Shown here piece by piece: positions 44,408 to 53,170 of a stretch of 64,000 nucleotides of DNA. Positions within the stretch are counted from its first letter, which is position 1, and every line of letters begins with the position of its first letter. The stretch lies in assembly GCA_964408025.1 (NCBI GenBank), contig CAYOXX010000002.1, positions 6,105-70,104 on the forward strand, written 5' to 3'. The notes under the pieces were generated by a model, which was not told the DNA's origin, searched no databases, and was given only the letters and a program-made list of their open reading frames with translations. The stretch comes from an uncultured Acidobacteriota bacterium. Lineage in GTDB: Bacteria > Acidobacteriota > DATKUA01. The position numbers and the translations under genes are program-made.

Positions 44408-46438
44408 TCAGTCCAGTACGATTTCCGCGGAATCGGATCCGCTCTTGACGCTGGTGGCCGTCAGCTCGAAGCGTGTGCCGCGCTCGCCACGGACAACCCA
44501 ACGGAACTTATCGCTGACGCCGTGCCCCGCCACGGCCGGAATCCTGTGAATTCTCCGGCCCCCGAGCAGCACCGAGTCGTCGACCTCGAGGCGCAGCAGA
44601 ATCGGGCTTACCGCGCGCGAGGTGACGCCCTGCCGCAACGCCGTCGGGAAAAATCCGCTGTTGCGGACGAATGCGCTGACCTCGTAGATGCCTTCGGAGA
44701 GCTCGCGCGTCTCGATGCCGGTGATCTCGATCTCCGGCAGGTCTGCCGCCAACTTCACGGCGAACTCTGCGCAAGGTCCGACGATCCCGGGCACCAGCTC
44801 GTAGGGAGGGTTCAGCGTGACGTACGGCTTCATGCCTCCGATCTCCACCTCGCCCAGCGTCGGGTGCTCGAACGGCGCCCACTCGATAAACCCCCCGCCT
44901 TCGACGTTCTCGGCCGCCCATTCAAGGATGTAACTCTGCTCGGCGTCGCCCGGGGGCTGGGCACCGCCGCGCTGCTCGATCATCTCGGCCATCCGCTCCG
45001 GAGTCAGCATCCCGCCCCGGATGGCGTTGATTACCATCTCCGGAGTGATGTTGGCGGGAGCCTCCTGCTCCTGGAGGAAGAGCGCGATGCGCTCCTCGTC
45101 GATCTCCAGAAACTCTTCGGCCGTCATCTCTTTGAGGGCATCGACGGTGATGCCGCTGCCGGCCTCCTCTTCTTCTTCCTCCTCCTCAGGCACAGCCCAG
45201 AGGTCAACCGTGAAGGCCGGCACGCCGTACTGGAAATAGGCGTAGGTTATGAAGCTGCCGTCGCCGGTGGCCGGGGCGGCCGAGCGAGAGGAGTCGAGTT
45301 CCTCGACGCCGTCGAGTTTCTCCTTGTAGCGGTCCGATATCGCCTCGAAGTAGGGATAGTCGTCGTCGGGGATGCTCATCACCGGCCCCAGGCCGAGGAA
45401 GGCAGCGACCATCTCCTCGGTGATGTCCATGCCGCGGGCGAAGGGGAGCGTGCGCACGATCTCCACGATCTCCCGGACGGTGTACTCGCGCTCGGGGTCC
45501 ATGCCGACGAAGCGCGCCATACGCTCCGGGATCTTCACCCGCTCGGCGCCCAGGCTGGCCGGCCCCTTACCGCGCTGCAGGTTGAGAAGGTTGTTCCGGC
45601 CGGAGAAGGTGAAGACGGCCGCGATGTTGCGATGGTTGATGAAGAACTCGACCAGGGCTATCGATTCCGGCTCGCAGACGGTCCAGAGGCCGGAGCCGTC
45701 GGCGAAGTGGTGGTAGTCATGGGGAAAATTGGTGTTGAGCAGGACACCGCCGACCGGGTCCTCGTTGTAGCGGCCGTCGCCGTCGTTGTCGATCCCCTCC
45801 GTCATCAGCTCGTAGATCCCGACTTCGCCCTCCATCCGGTCGGCCTCGCGCATCAGGCGCGGATCGTCCGGATCGGGGATCTGCTCGCCGTCGGGCCGGC
45901 GGACGCGCATCATCGTTATGAAGCCGTCGCCGTTGATGTCCTCCGGGCCGTCCTCGTCTACCTCGAGATCGAGGTCGTCGTTGACCGGCGCCGCAGTCTT
46001 CGCACGCTCCCACAGTGGGTTCGCGAATGCGTAGGCGGCGACGTCGGGATTCAGCAGCGGCGCCACGTAGAAGGTCCTCGTCGACAGCAGCCGCGCGATC
46101 TCCTCGTCGTCCGCGCTCCCGAGCAGGTACTCCACGGCCGCCAGGGCCGCCTCGGTGCCCAGCAGGCGGGTTCCCTCGAGGTTGGCGCCGATGAAGAGGG
46201 CCGGGCGCCGTCCGGGCTCGACCGGTCCCGAGCCGGCCACCGTGGCGAGCCAGATGTCCCGTCCCCCGCGGCTCTCGCCGATGGAGGTCAGTGTCAAGAG
46301 CTCGGGGTGGGCATCTCGCCAGGCCTGCAGCTGCGCCGTCAGGGCCTCGAAGTCCCTGTAACCGTCCGCCACCGCGGCGCACGGAACCGCCAGGGCTACC
46401 GCAACCGCCAGGCAAATCAGACTCAGAAATGTCTTCAT
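44408..46438 (-). CDS. Secreted M14-fold protein with degenerate zinc site (probable pseudo-peptidase)
   Basis: Paralogous to the adjacent gene (SIGES..GRDIW, LNPD, HPTLGEVEIGG) but the HxxE, NRN, His and Glu positions are replaced. Start MKTFLS. Confidence 0.82.
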   Translation of the reverse strand: MKTFLSLICLAVAVALAVPCAAVADGYRDFEALTAQLQAWRDAHPELLTLTSIGESRGGRDIWLATVAGSGPVEPGRRPALFIGANLEGTRLLGTEAALAAVEYLLGSADDEEIARLLSTRTFYVAPLLNPDVAAYAFANPLWERAKTAAPVNDDLDLEVDEDGPEDINGDGFITMMRVRRPDGEQIPDPDDPRLMREADRMEGEVGIYELMTEGIDNDGDGRYNEDPVGGVLLNTNFPHDYHHFADGSGLWTVCEPESIALVEFFINHRNIAAVFTFSGRNNLLNLQRGKGPASLGAERVKIPERMARFVGMDPEREYTVREIVEIVRTLPFARGMDITEEMVAAFLGLGPVMSIPDDDYPYFEAISDRYKEKLDGVEELDSSRSAAPATGDGSFITYAYFQYGVPAFTVDLWAVPEEEEEEEEAGSGITVDALKEMTAEEFLEIDEERIALFLQEQEAPANITPEMVINAIRGGMLTPERMAEMIEQRGGAQPPGDAEQSYILEWAAENVEGGGFIEWAPFEHPTLGEVEIGGMKPYVTLNPPYELVPGIVGPCAEFAVKLAADLPEIEITGIETRELSEGIYEVSAFVRNSGFFPTALRQGVTSRAVSPILLRLEVDDSVLLGGRRIHRIPAVAGHGVSDKFRWVVRGERGTRFELTATSVKSGSDSAEIVLD

Positions 46439-46553
46439 GGAATCTCCCCCCGTAGGATCTGCAAACCTATATAACGATTCATCATATAGAGTATCGTTTA
46501 CAGCGCGCAAGAAATGATTTGGCGGGAGCGGTGGTGGTGCGTAATCCGCAGCG

Positions 46554-47807
46554 CTATCCCAAACGTACGCCGCAGCGCTCCAGCTCCCGCCAGTATCCCG
46601 GAAAGCTCTTCGAAACGCAGTCGGGATCGTCGACGACGACCTCGGGCCAGCCGAGCGCAAGCAAAAGCGAGCCGGCCATCGCGCGCCGGTGGTCGCCCTC
46701 GGTCTCGATGGCAATGCGGCCTCCGCGTTCCTCCGCCGGGCGGACGATAAGACGATCCCCCGAGAGCACCGCTTCGCCCCCGGCCGCCGAGGCCAGATCG
46801 ATCAGGAAATCGAGGCGGTCGCTCTCCTTGTCGCGCAACACCCCCACTCTCTCGAAGCGCGACTCGCCCGGTGCGACTAGTGCCAGGGCTCCCAGCGTCG
46901 GGATCAGGTCGGGACAGTCGCGGCCGCTCGCCCTTAGGCTGCGTTCAAGGACACCGCCTACACTAAGCAACGACCCTGAGCAGATCTCGACCTGCAGGCC
47001 TGCCGCGGAGAGGATGTCGAGCACGATGCCGTCGGGGTGCCCGGCCGGGTCGCCGACCTCGACGGAGCCGCCGCAGCGCCAGGCCCAGACGGCCAGGTAT
47101 GCTGCCGCCGACCAGTCGGGCGGAATCTCGGGCCTCCAGTGCCGGCCTCTGAAGCCGCTCAGGCGCCAGCGCTCCTTCGATACCTCCAGCGCAAATCCAG
47201 CTTCCCGTATTAAGCCGGCAGTCAGCTCCGCGTACGCCGGGCTGGCCGGCTCGCCGAGCAGCTCGATATCGGCGACCCGGCACCGCCCAGCGCCTACTGC
47301 GGAGGCGGAGGCGAGCACCAGGGCGCTGAGGAACTGGCTGCTCGTCGGCTCCAGGGCAAAGCGAAGTTGTCGGGGTAAAACGAGGCGCGTCGAGTCGACC
47401 ACCAGCGGCCAGCGCTCGGCCGATATTACCAGGCCGTGGCCGCCGAGACCTTCCCTCAGCGCCGCCAGCAACGGCTCGTGCGGGCGCCGGCGCAGCGGCT
47501 CGGTGGCATCGACTGTGCAGCGCAGCCCCGGAGTGAGCGCCGCCAGGGCCAGCATGAAGCGCAGTGGCACGCCTCCCAAGCCCGCGTCGAGAGCGATATC
47601 CGGCTCGCCGGAATCGATAGCTTCAATCGCACGCTCCAGCGCGACCACATCATCCGCCACGTCACCAGCGAGTCGTTCCGCTCCCGCCTCCTCGCCGCGG
47701 GCAAAACGCAACATCAGGATGCGCAGGGCGTGCGACTTCGAGGGCGGCGGCCGCAGGCGGCACGCAAGCGGCCATCCGGACCACCTGAGACGCAATGCGC
47801 CGGCCAC
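46554..47807 (-). CDS. aroA: EPSP synthase (AroA)-like enolpyruvyl transferase, divergent
   Basis: PSKSHALR, SSQFLSAL, PDWSAAAY, CPDL, LRDKESDRL, DHRRAM, VSKSFPGYW. Confidence 0.78.
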   Translation of the reverse strand: MAGALRLRWSGWPLACRLRPPPSKSHALRILMLRFARGEEAGAERLAGDVADDVVALERAIEAIDSGEPDIALDAGLGGVPLRFMLALAALTPGLRCTVDATEPLRRRPHEPLLAALREGLGGHGLVISAERWPLVVDSTRLVLPRQLRFALEPTSSQFLSALVLASASAVGAGRCRVADIELLGEPASPAYAELTAGLIREAGFALEVSKERWRLSGFRGRHWRPEIPPDWSAAAYLAVWAWRCGGSVEVGDPAGHPDGIVLDILSAAGLQVEICSGSLLSVGGVLERSLRASGRDCPDLIPTLGALALVAPGESRFERVGVLRDKESDRLDFLIDLASAAGGEAVLSGDRLIVRPAEERGGRIAIETEGDHRRAMAGSLLLALGWPEVVVDDPDCVSKSFPGYWRELERCGVRLG

Positions 47808-47810
47808 AGC

Positions 47811-48983
47811 TTATTCCATTCCGACCAGCAGCTCCGCGTTGTCGACCCACATGGCGAAGATCGGATTTCCGGCACCGCGCAGCTTCACGAAGACCAGGAA
47901 CGGACCATCGAATATGAACTCGCGCTCGCCAAGCGGCATGGCCGTCACGCCGTAGATCTCGGCCGCGGACCGCAGAACGACGCCCTCGCGGTCGAGCCTG
48001 AACTCGATCATCTGCTTAGCGACAACGATGAGCGCACCGAGGAACCCCTCGTTCAGGATCGGCTTGAACTTCAGCTCCTCGAACTCGTGCACTACCTTCC
48101 ACGACATCAACGGCACCATGAGCTCCTCATTGGCGTGGAAGCCGCGGTTCTCAATGTCCGTGGGAAACTCCGCCTCTCTAGCCTCTACGTGGTCGCAGGC
48201 ATCCGCGAGCGTGGCGCGTGGAGCGATGCGCGCCAGCACGATCTGATACGGCGAGGAATCGCTGCTGATGTCGACGGCAAACTCGATGTCTCCCGCCTCG
48301 TCGTCGCCGTAGAACAGCACCTCGATCTGCCCTCGAACCTCGCGCGCATTGCGATCGTCCGGGTTGACGCCGAAAGCCTCTACGGTCGTCCGGTTACCGG
48401 CCGAATCGGTGAAGCCGAGCCCTCTCTCCAGCTCGAAGTATGGGTGGGCGAATCTCATCACCACCGAGAGGTAGGCATAGGCAAGGAAATTCGCATCGTT
48501 CACCGGGAAGTCGGGGAGCTCGACGTCGGGAAACCTCTCAGCCATCTCGCTGCCGATGCGCCCGATCAGCTCCGCGCTGGCCCAGCCGGAAGCGGCGTAG
48601 TATGACTCGGGATCGAGGTCTTCTTCCCCGGCTCGCGAGCTATTGAGCAGCCCCACCGCCTCCTCGGCTCCCTCAATCAGAATAGGTGCGCCAAAGGGAT
48701 CGTCGCACAGTCGGTTCCAGGCCACCTGGAATGTGGAACACCAAACAGCGTTCCTCCCCGCCGCGATCGGCGATTCGAAGGCCGCGACAATCTCGGTTCG
48801 CGCCAGCTCGCTCGACGGCCCGTCGAAAGCCAGGGCCCGCTCCTCGTCATCGCCAGGGCAAGAACCGATGACGAAGGCCGCTGCCGCCACGACCAGGACT
48901 ACGGGAAGACACCAACCCGCAGGCGAGTGCTTCCAGACTGCCGGTATAGCTTCCCCATCACCACGACTCTCTCTTTTGAGCAT
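47811..48983 (-). CDS. Membrane-anchored serpin-like protein
   Basis: N-terminal hydrophobic segment; C-terminus FRLDREG..EFIFDGPFLVFVK..PIFAMWV resembles the serpin signature. Start MLKRES after GGAGG. Confidence 0.55.
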   Translation of the reverse strand: MLKRESRGDGEAIPAVWKHSPAGWCLPVVLVVAAAAFVIGSCPGDDEERALAFDGPSSELARTEIVAAFESPIAAGRNAVWCSTFQVAWNRLCDDPFGAPILIEGAEEAVGLLNSSRAGEEDLDPESYYAASGWASAELIGRIGSEMAERFPDVELPDFPVNDANFLAYAYLSVVMRFAHPYFELERGLGFTDSAGNRTTVEAFGVNPDDRNAREVRGQIEVLFYGDDEAGDIEFAVDISSDSSPYQIVLARIAPRATLADACDHVEAREAEFPTDIENRGFHANEELMVPLMSWKVVHEFEELKFKPILNEGFLGALIVVAKQMIEFRLDREGVVLRSAAEIYGVTAMPLGEREFIFDGPFLVFVKLRGAGNPIFAMWVDNAELLVGME

Positions 48984-49290
48984 TGCAGCCTCCTGGATGA
49001 GGTACGTGTAGATCCAAATAATACACTTGTAAATCCCGCAGGTCCAACGCCGGCGGCCAGCGAGACCGCCCGCCATTCTGCGGCGCGTCTCTACTTGGAC
49101 AGCTCGATGCGGCCACGGGTTTCGCCGCCGTCGCCCGCAGTTGACACTGCACTTTAAAACGTGCATGATCACGGACAATAGTTCCCAATATCTCAGCGCG
49201 ATTACAAGCCCTCTTGAGCATCACGCGGGGACCGAATTTGTAACAATTTGCAAAACGTCAACAAAAAACACCCTATCGAAAGGGCAAACC

Positions 49291-51483
49291 ATGACACCTC
49301 TAAAAAAAGCATTCCTGGCATGCGCTGCCACCTGCTCGGCGGTTTTACTCCTCGGCTTGTCGGCGGGCCAGGAGACGCTGCAAGTTAGTCATTCGCGAAC
49401 CTACTCACCCGGCGATGTCATCGATGTCTCCGGCACCCTGAATCTCGCCCAGTATCCGGGACGGACGCTCCAAAACGTCACCATTGTTTACACCTCGCGG
49501 CTGCGTGGGAGGAGTCTGAGGTGGGTGGTGAACGGCCAAACCGCGAGTACCTCAACGTTACTCTGGGGAAGAGATCAAGAGGTTTCTCTAGAGCTCAACA
49601 TAGAAATAACCACCGGCCTCTCGATAACCGCAGCGCTCATTTCCGACAGGGGCGGCATCCGCGTCACGGAGGTCAAGGCCGAATTAGCTCCAGCTATAAG
49701 GCAGCGAGCTCAGATCGCGAGAGTTCAACCTCGCTTAGCCAGGCGGACAGAGGTGCAAATCCAGCGTCGAGAAGAAACAGAAAGTGAACAAGCTGAAGAA
49801 GAGGAGACAGAAGAGGAGGCGCAGCAGACGCGGGTGCAGCTCGCACGTTTCCGCGAGCTGCGGGCTCACGTACTGCCGGACGAGCATAGATTGGTGCGTG
49901 CAACGCTCCCGGATCTGACGTTTCTGCATGCTTACATACCAGTCGCGGGCTTCGCGAGGATCGGCCAGGGCGCTGGAGTGGCGATGACGAATCTCGATGA
50001 AAACCCTCGGCCTGAAATGGTCCTGATGTCGTTCGAAACGCAACCTGGCACCCACATATTCTCATACAAAATTGGGTGGAACCTGGATGCCGGAGGAATC
50101 GCCACCGGCTGGAGCACTTCTATCTACCCCAGGCGCATCAGCTATTCCGCCCAGGGTGCGGGCGTGGCGATGGCCAATATCGACCTCAACGCCAGACCGG
50201 AAATGATTCTGCTGACCTATCTGGATGAATCTCATGCCAACAGATTCGCCTACATTATCGGTTGGAACATCAGCGACAGCGGATCCGCCGAGAGCTGGAG
50301 CGAACCTCACTACATCGACGGAGTCGGCTGGGAAGGCCAAGGGGCCGACCTGGTCCTCACCAACCTGGACGGTAACTCCGGCTTGGACATGATCGTCATG
50401 GCCTACGACAACCCCGAGGAGTCGAACAATTTCCGCTATAAGATCGGTTGGAACCTCGACTCAAACGGCGACGCCGCAAGCTGGAGCAGTCTCATCTCCG
50501 TGCCGGGAGTCGGCTGGGAGGGCCAGGGAGCCGGAATAGCGATTACTAACCTCGACGGCAACGATCTGCCGGAATTGATTCTGATGGCCTACGATAATCC
50601 TGCGGGTTACAACAGCTTCCGTTACAAGGTCGGCAATAACCTGAACTCTAGCGGAGTCGCGGCTAGTTGGACCGAATTCGTTTCTCTCGTAGGCGTCGGC
50701 AATGACGGCCAGGGAGCAGGTATCGCCGTCACCAACCTGGATGCGGACTCCGATCCCGATCTGATCCTCATGGCTTACGACAGGTCGAACGATGGTGAAA
50801 ACGAATTCCGCTACCGAATCGTGTCCAATTTCACTCCCGGACCGCGAATCCACCTGGAGATGGACAAACTCGACAGCGTCAGTTGGCCAATCCTCGACAT
50901 CTACCGCGGCGGTCAGCATTACACACTATCAAGCATCTACTCAGCCGTCGGATTTGAAGTTACGCCAGTCCACCACCAAGGTAACATCAGCGATCCTCGC
51001 ACCGGCAGCCGCCATGGCCAGCCTTTTACTACGGCGGAAATGCATAGCTTCCTCACCGCAAACATGAACAATCCACCCTCCGATTCCGGCACATGGCACA
51101 TGTATATGGCACTCCTGCCAAGAATGGTCGGCGGGTACCTGGGAGTGATGTTCGACACCGGCCAAAGAAGAGGATTTGCCGTCCTCGTCGACGAATTCTC
51201 CGGCTATCCCAATAGACAACATTTTCTATTGAGGACAACAGCGCATGAATTAGGCCATGCTCTTAACCTGCTGCACCGCGACGGCGACTCATGTACGCAG
51301 CAACTTACCGGCGGAGGTTACGCACCCGCCTCGGGAACAGGCCGTACGATCATGAACCAAACCTGGTCACTGGCTCCAGACTGGGGCTTCGCGTGGTCGG
51401 CCCCCACATTCTTCCATCTGTTCAACCGTACTCTCAAATATATTCGCCCCGAAAGCGGCGAAGGATTCGGCAGCGGCCGTTAA
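49291..51483 (+). CDS. Secreted protein with five 62-aa propeller-like repeats and a C-terminal zincin domain
   Basis: Signal peptide MTPLKK; QGA..NLD..L repeats; HELGHALNLLH and TIMN Met-turn. Confidence 0.8.
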   Translation: MTPLKKAFLACAATCSAVLLLGLSAGQETLQVSHSRTYSPGDVIDVSGTLNLAQYPGRTLQNVTIVYTSRLRGRSLRWVVNGQTASTSTLLWGRDQEVSLELNIEITTGLSITAALISDRGGIRVTEVKAELAPAIRQRAQIARVQPRLARRTEVQIQRREETESEQAEEEETEEEAQQTRVQLARFRELRAHVLPDEHRLVRATLPDLTFLHAYIPVAGFARIGQGAGVAMTNLDENPRPEMVLMSFETQPGTHIFSYKIGWNLDAGGIATGWSTSIYPRRISYSAQGAGVAMANIDLNARPEMILLTYLDESHANRFAYIIGWNISDSGSAESWSEPHYIDGVGWEGQGADLVLTNLDGNSGLDMIVMAYDNPEESNNFRYKIGWNLDSNGDAASWSSLISVPGVGWEGQGAGIAITNLDGNDLPELILMAYDNPAGYNSFRYKVGNNLNSSGVAASWTEFVSLVGVGNDGQGAGIAVTNLDADSDPDLILMAYDRSNDGENEFRYRIVSNFTPGPRIHLEMDKLDSVSWPILDIYRGGQHYTLSSIYSAVGFEVTPVHHQGNISDPRTGSRHGQPFTTAEMHSFLTANMNNPPSDSGTWHMYMALLPRMVGGYLGVMFDTGQRRGFAVLVDEFSGYPNRQHFLLRTTAHELGHALNLLHRDGDSCTQQLTGGGYAPASGTGRTIMNQTWSLAPDWGFAWSAPTFFHLFNRTLKYIRPESGEGFGSGR
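49951..50840 (+). repeat. Intragenic tandem repeat, 186-nt period, about 5 units
   Basis: The GQGA/AQGA codons recur at about 49963, 50149, 50335, 50521 and 50707. Confidence 0.85.
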
Positions 51484-51497
51484 AGGAGGAGAATCAG

Positions 51498-52415
51498 ATG
51501 AGAAACACGTTTGCTATTTACGTTGCGGCCTTGATGGCCTGCTTCGCTCTCCCCGCACCCCTGACAGCTCAGGAAGTTCTGACTCTGCAGATCCAAGTCG
51601 ATAAAGAACAATTCGACTTAGGCGAACCCGTAGTTCTGTACGTAACGCTGAGGAATGCCGGATCGCAGGCGGTCGAGGTTTTGCACTTTCTCGAACCCGA
51701 ATTCGGTTACGCCGAATACCTGATCACCGGACCGGACGGAGAGGAATTAAAATTTCGCCCCTCTGCTCTCGTGGATCATCCAGAACCATATCAGCTCCTG
51801 GCCCCCGGAGAGGAAATACAGGGAGAGGCCAAAATCTTCTTCGGCGGCGCAGGCTGGACGTTTGCCAACCCCGGCACCTACAATGTCAGGGCCGCGTACC
51901 TGGGGACCGGAGGTGTTGTTTCCAACACAATTACGATCAGTGTGCTCCAGCCTACCAGCGCCGCGGCAAGAGCCGCAGCTCAGCAGTTCATCAACAGCGA
52001 AGAAGTCGGATACTTCCTGCTCTTCGAAGGCGGAGACCACCTTACCGAGGGTATGCAGCGTCTGGAACTGGTTGCCCAAAACTATTCCCAGACTCCACAC
52101 GCCGCCTATGCCAATTACGCCCTCGGCAACAACCTACTTCAGGACTTCGCTAACTTCCGGACCAACAGCATGCGTGCCGCCGACCCGCAGCGGGCAATCG
52201 CTTACCTCGAGCGGGCACAGCTGAGCACCGTCAGCCTTTACCAAACCATGCACACGCACCTGTCTCTCGCCCGAGGATATACGCTGATCGGCAACTCCGA
52301 ACGGGCCACAGCCGTCCGCGGGCAACTGAACAACCTGATTTCGGTTCGATACCCCGCATTCCGCCGGCTAGCCGATGAAATAATCCAGCGGAGAGGGATA
52401 ATCATAAATAACTAA
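51498..52415 (+). CDS. Secreted protein with Ig-like N-terminal domain and helical TPR-like C-terminus
   Basis: AAGGAGG RBS, signal peptide MRNTFAIY..LTA, GEPVVLYVTLRN, PGTYNV, A/Y/L-rich helices. Confidence 0.8.
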   Translation: MRNTFAIYVAALMACFALPAPLTAQEVLTLQIQVDKEQFDLGEPVVLYVTLRNAGSQAVEVLHFLEPEFGYAEYLITGPDGEELKFRPSALVDHPEPYQLLAPGEEIQGEAKIFFGGAGWTFANPGTYNVRAAYLGTGGVVSNTITISVLQPTSAAARAAAQQFINSEEVGYFLLFEGGDHLTEGMQRLELVAQNYSQTPHAAYANYALGNNLLQDFANFRTNSMRAADPQRAIAYLERAQLSTVSLYQTMHTHLSLARGYTLIGNSERATAVRGQLNNLISVRYPAFRRLADEIIQRRGIIINN

Positions 52416-52820
52416 TCCAAGAGCGCATCCGGCAACAATAGCAAACCTCTCACGCTCGGGAACGATCTCGCCAGGCAGCGGAGACGTGCGACGTGACGCC
52501 GACTACTCCCATATTACCCGTCTGCAACTTGAGCCACCACGATTGAGTTGCAGCTAGTACAGGTACTTGAATACCATAACTAAATTTTGGATAACGTACA
52601 AAATATCGATCCGTGAATGAGCGTTCGGCAACCGAAACCTCAGCGCGCCAGCACCACTGCAAGCCCATTGATGCCGTCTACGCGCAGTAATTCGCACCTT
52701 ATCATTCTGGCGGATCGAGGTACAGCGGTAGACTACGCGGGGGACCAAAATATTCGATCCCGATACAAATTCTTGAATAAAATCCAAATATTTGAACCGC
52801 CGGCCGCGGGTCATCAGCAG

Positions 52821-52886
52821 TAAATCACTGAAAATAAAGAATTTGCAAATCGAGCGAAAGCAAAATTCCGCGGCATAATATTTGCA
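52821..52886 (+). promoter_or_regulatory. IHF-like site plus sigma54 (-24/-12) promoter, copy 1
   Basis: CGGCATAATATTTGCA (GG-N10-GC, 52871-52886); TAAATCACTGAAAATAAAGAATTTG at 52821. Same spacing as copy 2. Confidence 0.6.
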
Positions 52887-53073
52887 TATATCGAAGTGGG
52901 TTGTTTACTGATCGTGAAAAAACACATGGTTATAAATTGATCTTCCTTAACGCAGCAAATATTATTCCCGAATATCCAGCTTCTGGGGGATTCACGGCTC
53001 CTTGACTTGGGGCCAGTTTATTTTTAGACAAGGGGGTTACGGAAGGGGAGATTGACTAGCAGCATCTTGCCCC

Positions 53074-53170
53074 ATTTGTGACCTCCCCAACCAAGCCGAT
53101 GTGGCGGCTGCGCACGCGCGCGACTCCACCGGCCCGCAGAAAGGGGGTGATCGACGGCACAGACAGACAT
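53074..53170 (+). ncRNA. Putative structured 5' leader RNA, copy 1
   Basis: Conserved with 56802-56900 while the flanks diverge; nested pairing segments. Confidence 0.55.

Noticed and set aside
49951-50840. Regularly spaced repeats as a CRISPR array
   Set aside because: In-frame degenerate coding repeats with a 186-nt period, no unique spacers, no cas genes.
52416-52740. Short ORFs and small inverted repeats (CTGCAACT/AGTTGCAG) as IS remnants
   Set aside because: No transposase similarity or target duplication; the ORFs lack an RBS and coding bias.
53138-53160. Resemblance to the reverse complement of the 16S rRNA 3' end, as a possible rRNA fragment
   Set aside because: Only about 15-20 nt with mismatches and no further rRNA sequence; treated as an extended SD instead.
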